A stretch of DNA of 64,000 bases from Eledone cirrhosa. Lineage: Eukaryota. Shown piece after piece: positions 52,140 to 64,000 of this stretch (position 1 is its first letter; each line of letters opens with the position of its first letter). Location of the stretch: NCBI GenBank assembly GCA_964016885.1, contig OZ024742.1, positions 207,700,001 to 207,764,000 of the forward strand, read 5' to 3'. Below the pieces are notes generated by a model. It did not search any database. It was not told where the DNA came from and was given only the letters and a program-made list of their open reading frames with translations. A program made the translations under genes and the position numbers.

Positions 52140-52320
52140 TCAATGATATTTATCCCACAATTACATATCCCACCATTACATATCCCACTATTTCATATAT
52201 CACCATTACATATCCGATCATTATATATCTTATCATTATATTTGTCGCCATATTACATTTCTATGTATTACATATCCAGCCATTACACATGTTAACCATA
52301 TATATATATCCATCAATACA
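52140..52320. repeat. Degenerate ~15-bp tandem repeat (ATTACATATCCCACC)
   Basis: Seen directly. Confidence 0.7.
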
Positions 52321-53799
52321 TTGAAACACCACACATTATGTCATAATATATCCATTTATAAACTATTTAACTATAATATATTCATGAGTACATACTCAAA
52401 CCGTCTATTTCCAATCATCCCAGAGGAATATTGATGCTGATGATCTATAAAGTCTGAGATATTTGTGAAATGGCTGTAATAAAGCTCATAAACGAAAACA
52501 AAAAAAAAAACAAGCCAGAGAAGAATCAAAACATCTGTTTACAATCCAACGGCGGACAAACATCTTATACATTTAAGAGATTTAAACATTACAGTGTTGA
52601 ATATTATGACCTAACACATTTTCCAACTATTTAACTCATCAGAATTGTTCGATTCTTGATCTCTGAAAGAGGAATTTTTATAGCAGAAACCCAATTCTTT
52701 GATTATTCTGATTTGCTTTTTTCAAATGTCTTTTGATGTTATTTCCATTGTGTTCAGGCAGTACAATTTAAGATGCATGCATATGTATGTAAGTACTAAT
52801 TCATTTCAGTGCATAGGAGGTGTGTTAGGGCGTTAGATATAATCTATTATTTTGCTTCTGTTAAAAAAGAGTATTTTTATGACGAGAAAGGATTGAGACG
52901 ATTAAGCTAGACAGGACACACACACACATCCGCTCACACTCACACACACACAAACTCACACACACACTCACTCAAACACGCTTTCTCTATTTTCACACGT
53001 GCATACAAACAGACATACACACATACACCCACACATATGTTTGTGTGTGCGGCCGGGCATCTAGCTAGAGACACCGTGTAGAAATGGAATGAATCATCAA
53101 CTAAGAATAAATAAAGAGATTCTATATGCATGAAGCACTCTTTCTCCTATTTGTATAGCTCAGCCCATCAATAACCACCGTGTCATTCCGACACTTCTTA
53201 TTTCCTTTTAATACATTCATATATTCCACATATTTCTCACAAATTGAGTACTTTCCCAACATTGGATATTTAATTTAAAAATATACAATTTGAATGTGTT
53301 TGCTATTATCTTTAAAGAATCTGTTGGTCGGGGAAATCTTGTAGGGCTGGAATATTTCCATTGTAAGAAAAGTAGGGCATCCTAAATTTCTAAAAACTAT
53401 GGATTCCTTTTGTATATTAGGTTTATGATTTGGTTCGTGTATGGTAGACGAAGTTGAAAGTTACTTCTAACAAATTAGAAATGTAAAGTTAAGGGTCACA
53501 TTATTTTTAGTCATAGATTTTTAAATGTAGCCATTCGATTTTTCCTGAAGGTGTCGAGGTCATGGAAATGTCAATTAAATTACGGACTTCGAAAGTTTAT
53601 TGTTCCAAACTAACCACAAATCACCTATTAGGAGGTTATAATACAGGAATTGAACAGCACAGACACAAACACACACACTAATCATACAAAGACCCAAACA
53701 CGGACAGACAGACAGACACCCATTGAATTTTGGTAAGGTTAAAGCCGGTTGGTTTGGATGTGGGGACCTGGATGAGGTCTTGTTTGGAAAATTTAAACT

Positions 53800-55150
53800 C
53801 ATTGTATGATATTTGTCACTCTTCCTTCAGTTCAAAGCTATTGTCTTGAAGGGACTTCATTGATTCCCAGAATAGTTTGCGTGATTTCAAGCGCATGTTG
53901 GAAAAGTTTTCCAGGTCTTGGACTTTGTAAGAAGTACTGCATCAGGATCATCTACTGGTGTCGCGTGTGAGAAGGAGCTATATAAGAAAGGGTAGGCAAT
54001 CAGTGAGTAGGTGTGGATTTCAGTGTGCCAGATACTATTCTCATTGCTGAATTGAGGATGGTGTCAACTTTCTTGGCATGGACGCTCCCTGCCCATACCA
54101 TAGAACAGTACTCTGCAACCGAATATACAAGTGCTAAGCAGCATGTGTTGGTATCGGCGCCCCAGCTGTTCCCTGTTAAATAGCGAATGATATTAATCCT
54201 GGTCTTGAGCTTTCTGACAACACTCTTTAAGTGCTCTCAGCAGATCAGGCTACGATCCAATATTACACCAAAATAGTTGGGGTACGATTCATTCTTGATA
54301 GGTCTACCAAAGAAGGAGACCTTGATTGGTGTATCTCATTAATCGAAGGTACCTTGGAGGTGAGAATTAGTCGTGCTTCAACTGTATTAGCAGTTAGTTT
54401 TGGTCACCAAAACTAACTGCTAATACAGTTGAAGCACGACTAATTCTCACCTCCAAGGTACCTTCGATTAATGGTACTGAACGGAAGATGATGCACCATG
54501 TAACCTAAGGATGTTCCATGCTTACCCACTTGATTGAGTGAAATCCAACTCCGCCTCGATATACTGTTAGATTGACCTCCTAGCTGAGTCAAGAGAGTCT
54601 TAGAGTTCCGTAGCAATGTCTGGATCACCTGAGGCTGCATAGCTCTTGAGAAGCTCTTCAGCTTCTGGGAGCCAGCGCGTTGTGTAAAAATTGATGGAAG
54701 CCTCGAGGGATGTGTTTTTTGGCAGCGTCCTTCATATTCTTACAAAATGAAGTACAATTTTTGGGCACAGATTCCAAGTTGATGAGTTGGTTCTCCACCT
54801 CTGAGCAGAAAAGTTCATAATCAACCTTCCTGAAGATCCACCGTGGTAGTGGGTCGAATTGTAATACAGGAATTTCTATGCTGATATGTATCACAGCTGG
54901 TCTATGTCGGCTGTGGGGAAAATGAGGGAGTATCTGGTGAGAAACCTGAACAGGACGTCAATAGATTGATTTAGAGAGGTAGCAGTTTGTACCCATAGAA
55001 GCGAAGATTAGAGTAGTAAGGGTTTCCTCTACTAATATAGCATCAATATCAAGATACTTCGCTGTTTTGGCCAGGTATACGCATTTTGCTCTCGACACAA
55101 CTTCCACATTGATCTGTAGAATACGTAGAATTTTTCCGATCTGTTGCGTC
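53800..55150 (-). mobile_element. Internally deleted Vingi/Ingi-type LINE remnant
   Basis: RILQINVEVVSRAK (APE start), PRWIFRKVD...AAKKHIPRG, KTRINII...SWGA and LALVYSVAEYC are present; the RT core is missing. Confidence 0.8.
54337..54473. repeat. Perfect palindrome, 68-bp arms, 1-nt spacer
   Basis: CATTAATCGAAGGTACC...TTTTGGT-C-ACCAAAA...GGTACCTTCGATTAATG. Confidence 0.96.
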
Positions 55151-55928
55151 CGGTAGATAGTGTTAGCAATGGATGAATCAATGGAAACATTGTTTCTTTG
55201 ATCCGATTCTACGAGTTCCACCACATTCGATGACGAATGATCTTGATGAACATTTAAAGACAATCTTATGTAAAATAAAAATCACAAGACATTATTTAGG
55301 GATACTTATAATCTCAGTTCCTGTACCAACAGTGAAAAGCAGAGGAAATACATTCATGAATAACAGAACGGTCTAATGAAATGGTACATTGTACTTCATA
55401 AAATTTCGAGCATAAGAGTATTCACGTAGTCTGTACAATTTCTATTTGAAAAATTAGTTATTTTAACATATCCAGCTTCATTGGGCGGGATTATAGAGAT
55501 ATATTGGTCACATTGTTTTTATTGCCAATGCATCCCTATAAAAATTATTTTAGTATTAATTTCACAATGAACAAATGAAAGAAAATAAACCAATAACAAA
55601 TAAGGATATATCTTTAAGCTGGGAAATATTCAAGACGTTTCACTTCTTTCTAATAAAAGCTAACATTTTTTAGAAGCAAACAGATATAGCAGAAAAGTAA
55701 TCACAACAACAACAAGAATAATATTGATAATATTCATAATGACAACTATAACAAAAACAGCAGCATTGCTATTAGATTGCTTTTTAATGACCCATACGTG
55801 TTTTGTTTTTGTCTAAATGGGTAACAGATGTTAACATGAAAATATAGAAAGGAAGGAGAAAAAAGTGGTAAATAGAAGAGAATAAAATATATTATAAGTA
55901 AGGTTGTAAATAGTTAGATTCTTGTGTC

Positions 55929-55932
<4 letters not shown>

Positions 55933-56019
<87 letters not shown>

Positions 56020-56038
56020 CATATATATATATATGTGC

Positions 56039-56095
<57 letters not shown>
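55933..56095. repeat. (TA)n/(TG)n microsatellite
   Basis: Seen directly. Confidence 0.95.
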
Positions 56096-56096
<1 letters not shown>

Positions 56097-56119
56097 ATCT
56101 ACATGTGCATATATATATA

Positions 56120-56952
56120 TAAATATAAGTATGTATACGTACATAGATATATGTATACAGACGTACAGTAGTATGTATATACATACATGCACATATATAT
56201 ATGTACGTATGGGTTTACCGAACATTTATTATAATGTTCGGTTTGTTTGTAAACAAACACCACGAATTAAGCCGTACAGTGTTCGGCAACCATCGTTGCC
56301 CTTTTGTTCAACACTGACAAAGGAACGATGAACTAGTTTCTAGCTTATTATAATAAATGTTCGGTAAACCTATACGTACATATATATATATATGTGTGCA
56401 TGTATGTATGTATATACATACTACTGTACCTCTGTATACATATATGTATGTACGTATACATACTTATATTTAAGTATCAGCCGTACTAAGAGTGAGAAAT
56501 GAAATTTCATTTTTTTCCATTTATCGTTTTCGGTATGCCCTGCCGACTAACTCACTCGATATGCAAATAGGCTGCTCAGTCGTTAATATGCATAAGGAAA
56601 GTATATACTTTCAAACGTTCAATCGACTAACAGGAAGGTGTACTATGCTGATGACAGCTAATAAGCTAGAAACTAGTTCATCGTTCCTTTGTCAGTGTTG
56701 AACACAAGGGCGACGATGGTTGCCGAACACTGTACGGCTTAATTCGGGCTGTTTGTTTACAAAACAAACCGAACATTATAATAAATGTTCGGTAAACCCT
56801 TACGTACATATATATATATATATATGTGTGCATGTATGTATGTATATACATACTACAGTACGTCTGTATACATATATCTATGTACGTATACATACTTATA
56901 TTTAAGTATCATCCGTACTAACAGTGAGAAATGAAATTTCATTTTTTCCATT
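56120..56952 (+). mobile_element. Non-coding HHR-bearing element with direct and inverted terminal repeats
   Basis: 56346-56525 is repeated directly at 56775-56952, and 56120-56350 is the reverse complement of about 56660-56903. No meaningful ORF. Confidence 0.75.
56645..56681 (+). ncRNA. Minimal hammerhead ribozyme motif
   Basis: AUG-CUGAUGA-C-AGCU-AAUA-AGCU-A-GAAAC-UA-GUU-CAU, with palindromic stem III AACUAGUU and a C.A mismatch at the base of stem II. Confidence 0.7.
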
Positions 56953-57039
56953 TATATATATATATATATATGTACTTGTACATGCAAACACACGTATATA
57001 AATATATATAAGTATATGTATGCGGGCGTATGTATGTAT

Positions 57040-57101
<62 letters not shown>

Positions 57102-57686
57102 TTGCTATATGTTGAGATCAATACATAGATAGATAACTAAATAAACTTCTGTTAAGGATCTGTAAATAATTATTTGGTTTGATTGAAGGAAAAATTGAAC
57201 ATATATAAAATAAAAGATATTAATATATAAATAGGACAGTCATTAGATTAACTAAAGTAATCAAATTTTAATCATTTTCTGCGAAGATCAAAGAAACAGA
57301 AGAAATCAAAAATAAACTGTTTATTCTAATTTTTGTCAATAATTCTGTTAGACTGTCTAGCTGGTGTAAGAAACACATTCACTACACATAACTACATATG
57401 AACAAGGCATACCTAAAGCCACGATGGTCACTACATATCTATTGATGTCTCTAGCCAAGCAACATATATAGCATTGCCAAAACTGCATTGCAAAGATGAG
57501 CATTCAGCCTAGATCACCTGTAAATATGGTTCAATATATCTTTATTCCTATCTTTATTCCCATCAATTTTCCATCTCACTCGAACTATTTCTGGTCTATT
57601 TTCAACTAGCTAGTTGCACACACACACGCACATAATACACACATACATGCTACACCGACGCACACACACACATACATACACACATG

Positions 57687-57767
<81 letters not shown>

Positions 57768-58930
57768 ACACCGTATTAGTGGAACAGTATTATCATAGAC
57801 ATCTGATATGTATATATATATGTGTGTGTATGTATGTATGTATTTATATATGTATATATGTATGTATGAGTGTATATTTATAGGTACATACGTTCATACA
57901 TACATACATAAATACATACATACACGCGTATATCTTGCTCTCGTATATAATGTTTCAAATAATCCTCTTAGAATCGCTACAAAATCCAAGTACAGGGTTA
58001 ATTTGATATAGTCAACTCTCAGTTTGAATTTGTTAGTCTCAGATCAAAGAAGGTAGAATAGTGTGTATGCATGTTTGTGTTAGGTGAATTGAGATATTCC
58101 GTAACAAGTCTGTTCCTAAGATCAAGCGTTACGAAAATTATTTTTATTGCTTTCAAAAAACAACAAAAACAGGTGACACCATGTCTTTACTAAAGTATAG
58201 ATTACATCTTCTCAATTTTTCCCTAAGCTAACAACACCACATGATCACAGATTTATCTTTTGTCACCACATGGTTATACGTACGTTGTCCATATGTATTA
58301 TCTCTCCAAATTCCTTCTTCGCTGGAATATAAAACCGTGATTCACTTCTTCACTCTGAATTTCCAAATATTGGTCATTTACAGACCAGCCAAATTCTAAA
58401 ACCCCAAACGAGGCGTACCATGAAAAAAAGTGTCCCAAAATGGAGAGATTTTACATAATGAAATCTAAACTAATTTTCACAAGAGAAGACATCTCTCACC
58501 CACCCCAAAGTGTCTGGGAGATCTCCCCATCCGATGGGGAGAGTTGACACGTCTGCATTTATCATTATTTTTCTTAACATTTTAAATCAAGTATGCAAGG
58601 TAAATTTGTGTTTTCTTCTAAGTTCCCAAATAAATAAAACCATCACTATATTTATCTAGTTCGCGATAAAGTAATTACGGAATAAACGGAGAAATTAGGA
58701 TTTTCAGTGTGAGGCGCCAGCCTCATGATAAACAATATGTAAGTGTGTTGAAATATTTAATAAATTTGGTATCTAAACTAACTAAATATAAATATCCTGC
58801 GAGGAAAATAGTTAATAGGCAATGATTAATATTAGTTTCATTTTCCCGAGCTAAAATGAGGGACAACAGAAGACATTTTATTTTGACCTCTCAATTCAAG
58901 TAGATGTCATATGTAGTTTTCCTCTCTCTC

Positions 58931-58968
<38 letters not shown>

Positions 58969-58969
58969 C

Positions 58970-59010
<41 letters not shown>

Positions 59011-59779
59011 ATATATATATATATATAAATATATACATTTATATACATATGGTATTTGAACACAGAATACAAAGCAATGAAACAATACAACCAGATATTT
59101 TTTGTGCATATCTCAGCGTATTCTTACTTGTCTTATAAATTATAATGATGTTGGACATTGATATAAAACCATACGTTTTACTAGTGGTCGATGTAATGGA
59201 ATCGATTTCACTACTTGACTGGTATGTATTTAGCGATCGTATGTAAGATTGTCGATGACAAAATCTGAAGATGGAATGTTATGGCGTTGCAATCGACTAG
59301 CTTCACTGAACTATATTGATTTATAACATAGACACAACTTCTCAAATTTGAGTAGATAGATTATAATCATTTATATTTGTCTTGAGTACTTGACTGGTAC
59401 AGATTTGAATGAATACAGAAAGATTTGAACGCAGAATATAAATGAAATTACATTACACCTGGCATTTTATGGTTGCTGAATTCCGTCTGGCATTTTCTAA
59501 TAACTTAATAATATAGATATCTCATACTGGTATAGTGTCACAGATGTTGTGGAAGGCGTTGATTTAATCCATTTCAATAATCGACTGGAACTTATTTTAA
59601 GACAAATTGGTGAGATGAAATACAAGCGCAACTTTGCCAATATTTGAATTAAATACAAAATGTAAAATGAACTGAATATATCAGTAGAGTATTCATCTTA
59701 CTCCAATATAAGGTTCCTCCATCATCTTCTCTGCTCCCCTCGCTATGTGTTTGTTTAAATTTTTGTCGTTGTGGGTGGA

Positions 59780-59930
59780 TTTCAGCTTCACGTAAGATCT
59801 CATTGAGCAGATTTATGATATAAGGAACTCCAGCATAAACATTCTGTCTTTTCCTGTGTTGGGAGTCAAGAACTACGTTATACAGCCTATACCTATTCGA
59901 AAGATATTTGGTTATCATTTCCAGCACATA
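59780..59930 (-). pseudogene. Highly decayed LINE RT fragment
   Basis: LEMITKYLSNRYR..VVLD......VYAGVP resembles the pre-PQG region of LINE RTs. Confidence 0.45.
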
Positions 59931-60335
59931 TAGTGACCATGTTGGAGTTACTTCGACGGCTCGTTAAAGGTTTGTAATATTATTTACCGATGCGGATGAT
60001 TATTTGGTTTATTTTATTCTACTGTTTCCTCAGAGCCCGTTTTAGCATTTTTGTAGATTGTGTCATTCCACAACCTTTCAGTCTCCGAATTTAGGTTCTA
60101 GTCAAAGTTAATATAGACACCTCACTACCCACGTCCGTGGCATTTAGAATAAAATGCTTTAGGTGTCTGTTTATGTATAAATATATTTCAAGTAGAAGTA
60201 ATCATATTTATCAATTTTAGAGTGAGAGGATCAGAATTCGCATATACATCATTCTGAGTCAGCAGAAATACAGAAAATTAGACACATACACGCACATGGC
60301 TAAACGCTTAGAGATTTACAGGTACACACACATAT

Positions 60336-60401
<66 letters not shown>

Positions 60402-60879
60402 CGTATAACATTTTATACAGATATGTTGATATAATGTTCGTATGGGTACATACACAAACATACACACTTACACACAACTCCCCTCTTATACATATAATTA
60501 TATACATACGTACATATTTATATATACGTGTACGTGTGTATGCGTATGTGTAAGTGTGTGTATGTGTGTGTATGTGTGTAAGCATAACATGTGTTTTGAA
60601 CTTATTTTGCATTGAATACATCTGTCATCTTAACATTGTTAATGATCTAATTCTTATGACAGGCACTGTATGAAATCACCTTCCCTCTTTGCATGACCCT
60701 AGTCTAACCCAGTATGTTCTCAAATAGAAATTGACAAACAATCCTGCTATTGACATATATTTAAAGTCCTCTGCATTAAAATAAAGTCTCTCTGAGAATA
60801 TGTGTGATTTAAACTGGAAAAAGTAATGTCTAGGTATAAATTCTATTTAAATCATTTTTTTCACTTTATCCATTCCTTC

Positions 60880-61180
<301 letters not shown>

Positions 61181-63099
61181 ACTCTCTTTTCTCTATCTTC
61201 CCTTTCTCTAATATCATATATATCAGATATTTGAGAAAGGAAAAAAAATGAAGTAATACATTTAAAATGTTTTTGAAATGTGGTAAAACCAGACATTTTT
61301 TAATATGAAGAAATTAGGATAAAGCTTGGTGATAGCTATGAATCAGAACTCGCTGCTGGGAATATCTGAAGTCTGTAGATATGCACAAATATGTTACCAT
61401 GTATGCAAGGCTTTACTCGGGTAACAACAGCCTGTGTATGCATTATACGCTTGATTAAATTCGGAGTTGAAAAATCATTTTGGTAATTTATATCGTTAAT
61501 GTCTATTTTTGTTATTCATGTATTACAGTTTTTTTAAATCCTTTTGCCTAACACTGCATTTTAATGTTTTTAAGATTAAAGAACACGTAATGTTTATTCG
61601 ATCCCTATCTTCGAGTCCGTTTACATATTTCAAAGATAATTGTAGCAATGCTTTGAGTCTGTCATATTACACCAGGGTTGCGTGCCCTTAAAGTACACTG
61701 CTCAAAGCTTGTTACTTACGAAATCGTTTTGATGTTGCCATTGAAATTTCCATCGATAAAACACGTCGACACAACATTATGTTCGAGATATTTCGAATAT
61801 TATTAGAATGAGTTTGATAGTAGGTATTCTTGAAATAATAATATAAATTTTTAAGAGTTCTTTAAAATGTAGCAGCTTTTCTGGTTGTTGTTGTTTTTGT
61901 CGTTATTGGTGATGGTGGTAGTAATAGCGGTAGATAACATCAGGTTGCTTTGATCGAGTTGTTCTATGTGTATTATCAAAACAATTCTCACCCTGACTGC
62001 TCAGTCTTTATCCCAGATAGGGTGCACTTACTGTACAAGGCGTGTTTTCTAGGGTGAAATTTTTAGTATGATTCTTTGGTGAAAATATTTTCTACAGCCC
62101 TTGAGCTACTATTCTAAATAAGTTAATATGTATATCACTCATACTGAAAGCTTGTAGTCCATCCAGTAATTCATCCCATTATCTCTACAATAACCAACGA
62201 TATTTATTTTATGGTAATGTACTTTATATTAACGTATGGCATGTCAAAAAGCATGCATGGTACAAACAAAGTTAGAATTTAAATAATTGAATAACATTAA
62301 AATAACAAACAAACACAAATCAATACTCGAGATACGACAAGATACGACAACGCTATCAAGATACAGCAATGTTAACTAACTCATACCAGCCCCTAGCAAT
62401 ACGACACGACATACAGAGGATATAATTCAATTCAAGAATATATTTATGGGTTTCCACTAAAATATATAAATTAAAATAAGGTGAAGTGTATCCTGGCGTT
62501 TCTGAAATAGAATTAAGCTCGTAACATCAGAATCACCATATCACTTGCACGTGGACTTATATTATACAAATGTTGTCAATTTATGATGTTGTTGTACCTC
62601 ATAACATGTTTTTTTCCAGTCTATATTTTTAACTTCATAAGATAATTTGTGTATATGGCAAATACATGCCCCCACGTGAAGTTGTAACTTGAAATTTACT
62701 TTTAAAATAAGCTTTGAAATATAATCATATATAAGATTGATTGATCCTAACTACGTGTATGTCGTCTTATGGGTCTTTTAAAAGTGATTGTACATTCCAC
62801 TCTTTGTAAATCTTTTCTTCCTCCCCTTTACTGTTTATTTGTTTTAGTCTTGCACGTTCTATTTCTCTTATATCTTTCCAGTTGGCAGAACTATTCCCGA
62901 TAGGCAATACTAATAGGTTTCCTTTCAGAAAGTGACTGTGCGCTGTCAACACTTATCACATTTACTCGTATAATTATGAGATATGCATGCAAATCATAAA
63001 TTTGGTCCCATTTCAGATAAAGTAGAATTATACAGTTAAAAGCTACAGAAATATTACTAGCTAAACTCGTATCAACATAACTGTTAATTTTGATGTTGC

Positions 63100-63340
63100 T
63101 CTTCTACATCTTTTTCGTCCACATATTCCTGTGCGGGCCGTATTGGCAGAATCTCAAGTACTCCAGCCAGTGGGTCCTGTCAGAAGCAACCGTTTCCAAT
63201 TGATCCGACTGGATCCCTGAGACCATTCGGGCTCATGGATATTATCCAAACATCTTGCTCGGAGTTTACCCTTGGGTCTCCTGCCGGTTGGATTTGCCCG
63301 TAAAATCTGTCGAGCGATTCTTTCCTAAGACATTCTAACC
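63100..63340 (-). mobile_element. RTE-type LINE 3' fragment (related piece at about 16540-16665)
   Basis: Minus strand RMS*ERIARQILRANPTGRRPKGKLRARCLDNI matches the RTE C-terminal GxRxxGRPxxRW region. Confidence 0.65.
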
Positions 63341-64000
63341 TAAATTCGGAGACGTAGCGGCTCCAACTGTTCTTCTATTTACAATTACTCAGAAGTTAAA
63401 TATAATGCAGTAGCAGTTCATTGAAGCTGTTATGAATACTTTTTAAAATAAGTATAAACCACTGTATATGATGTGCAGGAAATAAATATCACGATGTTCT
63501 TCAACACCAAACAATTAATACAAAATATACGTCTACGCTTGGGTAGGGTACTGCTATGATTAGTCTTGGCTATCGAAACATAAGCTGAATTTGAAATCAA
63601 AACAAAAAGAACCGGAACTGATACCGCAAGGCGTTTCACCCGACGCTCTAGCATTTCCACCGTAAATTATTGATCTCAAAATTTTGAAAGGCATTTAACT
63701 CTTTGTGGTTCATGAAATAAGTACCAACATTATGCTTGATTACATTCCAGTGAATATACGATCGCGAAATGGGGTTCTTCTGGGGCTCTATGGAGTAACG
63801 TTACTCGATAGAGTGTGTAGCTAGGAGATCAGAGAGCTACTCCTAGTAGAGCTACTTCTCCGAATTTCGGACATGGGGTTAGAATGTTTCAGAAAAAAAA
63901 CCGCTGGACAGATTTTATGGACAAAACAAACCGACAAGAGACCCAGGAGTAAACCGTGAACAAGGCTGGTCTCGTTTGAGGATTTAGCCGGGTCAATTGA

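Noticed and set aside
58380-58556. DNA transposon end (rc CAGACGTGTCAACTCTCC)
   Set aside because: No matching second terminus or TSD found.
62767-62952. 61-aa charged ORF as a possible terminal exon (minus strand)
   Set aside because: Protein-like composition and a possible TTGACAG acceptor, but no recognisable homology or partner exons; unsupported without transcript data.

Overview
This window is repeat-rich, AT-rich eukaryotic DNA. The SINE families and microsatellite load suggest an octopus or other cephalopod, but that is inference. I found no convincing host gene, tRNA/rRNA gene or CRISPR array; most short ORFs are translations of simple repeats. The main content is Penelope-like retroelements (PLEs): two near-identical copies with long open RT + GIY-YIG ORFs (25.2-28.7 kb, 44.7-48.7 kb), two Naiad-type copies (20.7-24.3 kb, 36.2-40.4 kb) and further fragments. 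Each of the four main copies has an inverted pseudo-LTR and a minimal hammerhead-ribozyme (HHR) motif near its 3' end. Other elements are a ~430-bp non-coding HHR element (56.1-56.95 kb); a full-length decayed Ingi-type LINE with a 2A-like peptide and a 5' end partly matching an HDV-like ribozyme (7.9-12.8 kb); a complete hAT/Buster element with TIRs, TSD and an internal 40-bp minisatellite; two non-autonomous Helitrons; L1/Tx1, Vingi and RTE fragments; and many tRNA-derived SINEs. There is also a recurring set of long fold-back palindromes. All alignments and RNA folds were done by eye, so boundaries are approximate.
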